Shown: piece after piece, positions 63,890-64,000 of the stretch
Position numbering within the stretch: the first letter of the stretch is position 1
Layout: each line of letters opens with the position of its first letter
Source: Octopus sinensis
Taxonomy: Eukaryota
Direction: 5' to 3'
Length of the DNA stretch: 64,000 nt
NCBI RefSeq assembly: GCF_006345805.1
Contig: NC_043000.1
Coordinates: forward strand, 118,110,001-118,174,000
Translations under genes and position numbers: made by a program
The notes under the pieces: model-generated
Told to the model about the DNA's origin: nothing
Seen by the model: the letters and a program-made list of their open reading frames with translations, nothing else
Database searches by the model: none

Positions 63890-64000
63890 CTATTTTATAT
63901 CTACATTATTTACATTATTTACATTCGACGGATATTTGTCCTCATCTCGTTTGTTGTTAACACAACGTTTCGACTGTTATACCCTCCAGCCTTCATCAGG
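63890..64000 (-). mobile_element. Tail of the same Penelope-derived unit as 55010-55337 (cut by window edge)
   Basis: TACATTATTTACATT..GACGGATATTTGT.CTCATCT.GTTTGTTGTTAACACAAC shared with 55040-55115. Confidence 0.85.
63959..64000 (-). ncRNA. Minimal type I hammerhead ribozyme, intact core
   Basis: C CUGAUGA A GGCUG-GAGGGUAUAA-CAGUC GAAA CG UU GUGUU; AACGUU palindrome; the 5' strand of stem I lies mostly beyond the window edge. Confidence 0.75.

Overview
AT-rich, repeat-saturated animal genomic DNA, most likely Octopus or another coleoid cephalopod. This is inferred from the SINE families, the (TA)n/(TG)n/(ATT)n microsatellite load and the gene content, not from a database search. Two host genes are supportable: the terminal coding exon of an Hlx (H2.0-like) homeobox gene (+, 20083-20364) and the first two coding exons of an OATP/SLCO4-like organic anion transporter (+, 60968-61154 and 63384-63638/63659). 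The rest is mobile DNA: several tRNA-derived SINE families, an (ATT)n-flanked ~560-bp element, Helitron-like non-autonomous copies, three mariner remnants and a deletion derivative, a Penelope-like RT/GIY-YIG remnant, CR1/L2-, Tx1/L1- and CRE-like LINE remnants, MITEs and local duplications. Nearly all ORFs in the supplied track are microsatellite or SINE artefacts. The main unexpected signal is a set of 11 type I hammerhead ribozyme-like folds (CUGANGA...GAAA...UH with paired stems I-III) in at least six unrelated sequence contexts. Several sit in elements with inverted-repeat architecture at (TA)n tracts. One family couples a tRNA-like Pol III promoter head to a hammerhead tail and shares that head with the 3' end of the Penelope-like remnant. 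Together they suggest a diverse Penelope/retrozyme-like self-cleaving RNA system. All folds and alignments were done by eye, repeat boundaries are approximate, and no activity or novelty has been tested.
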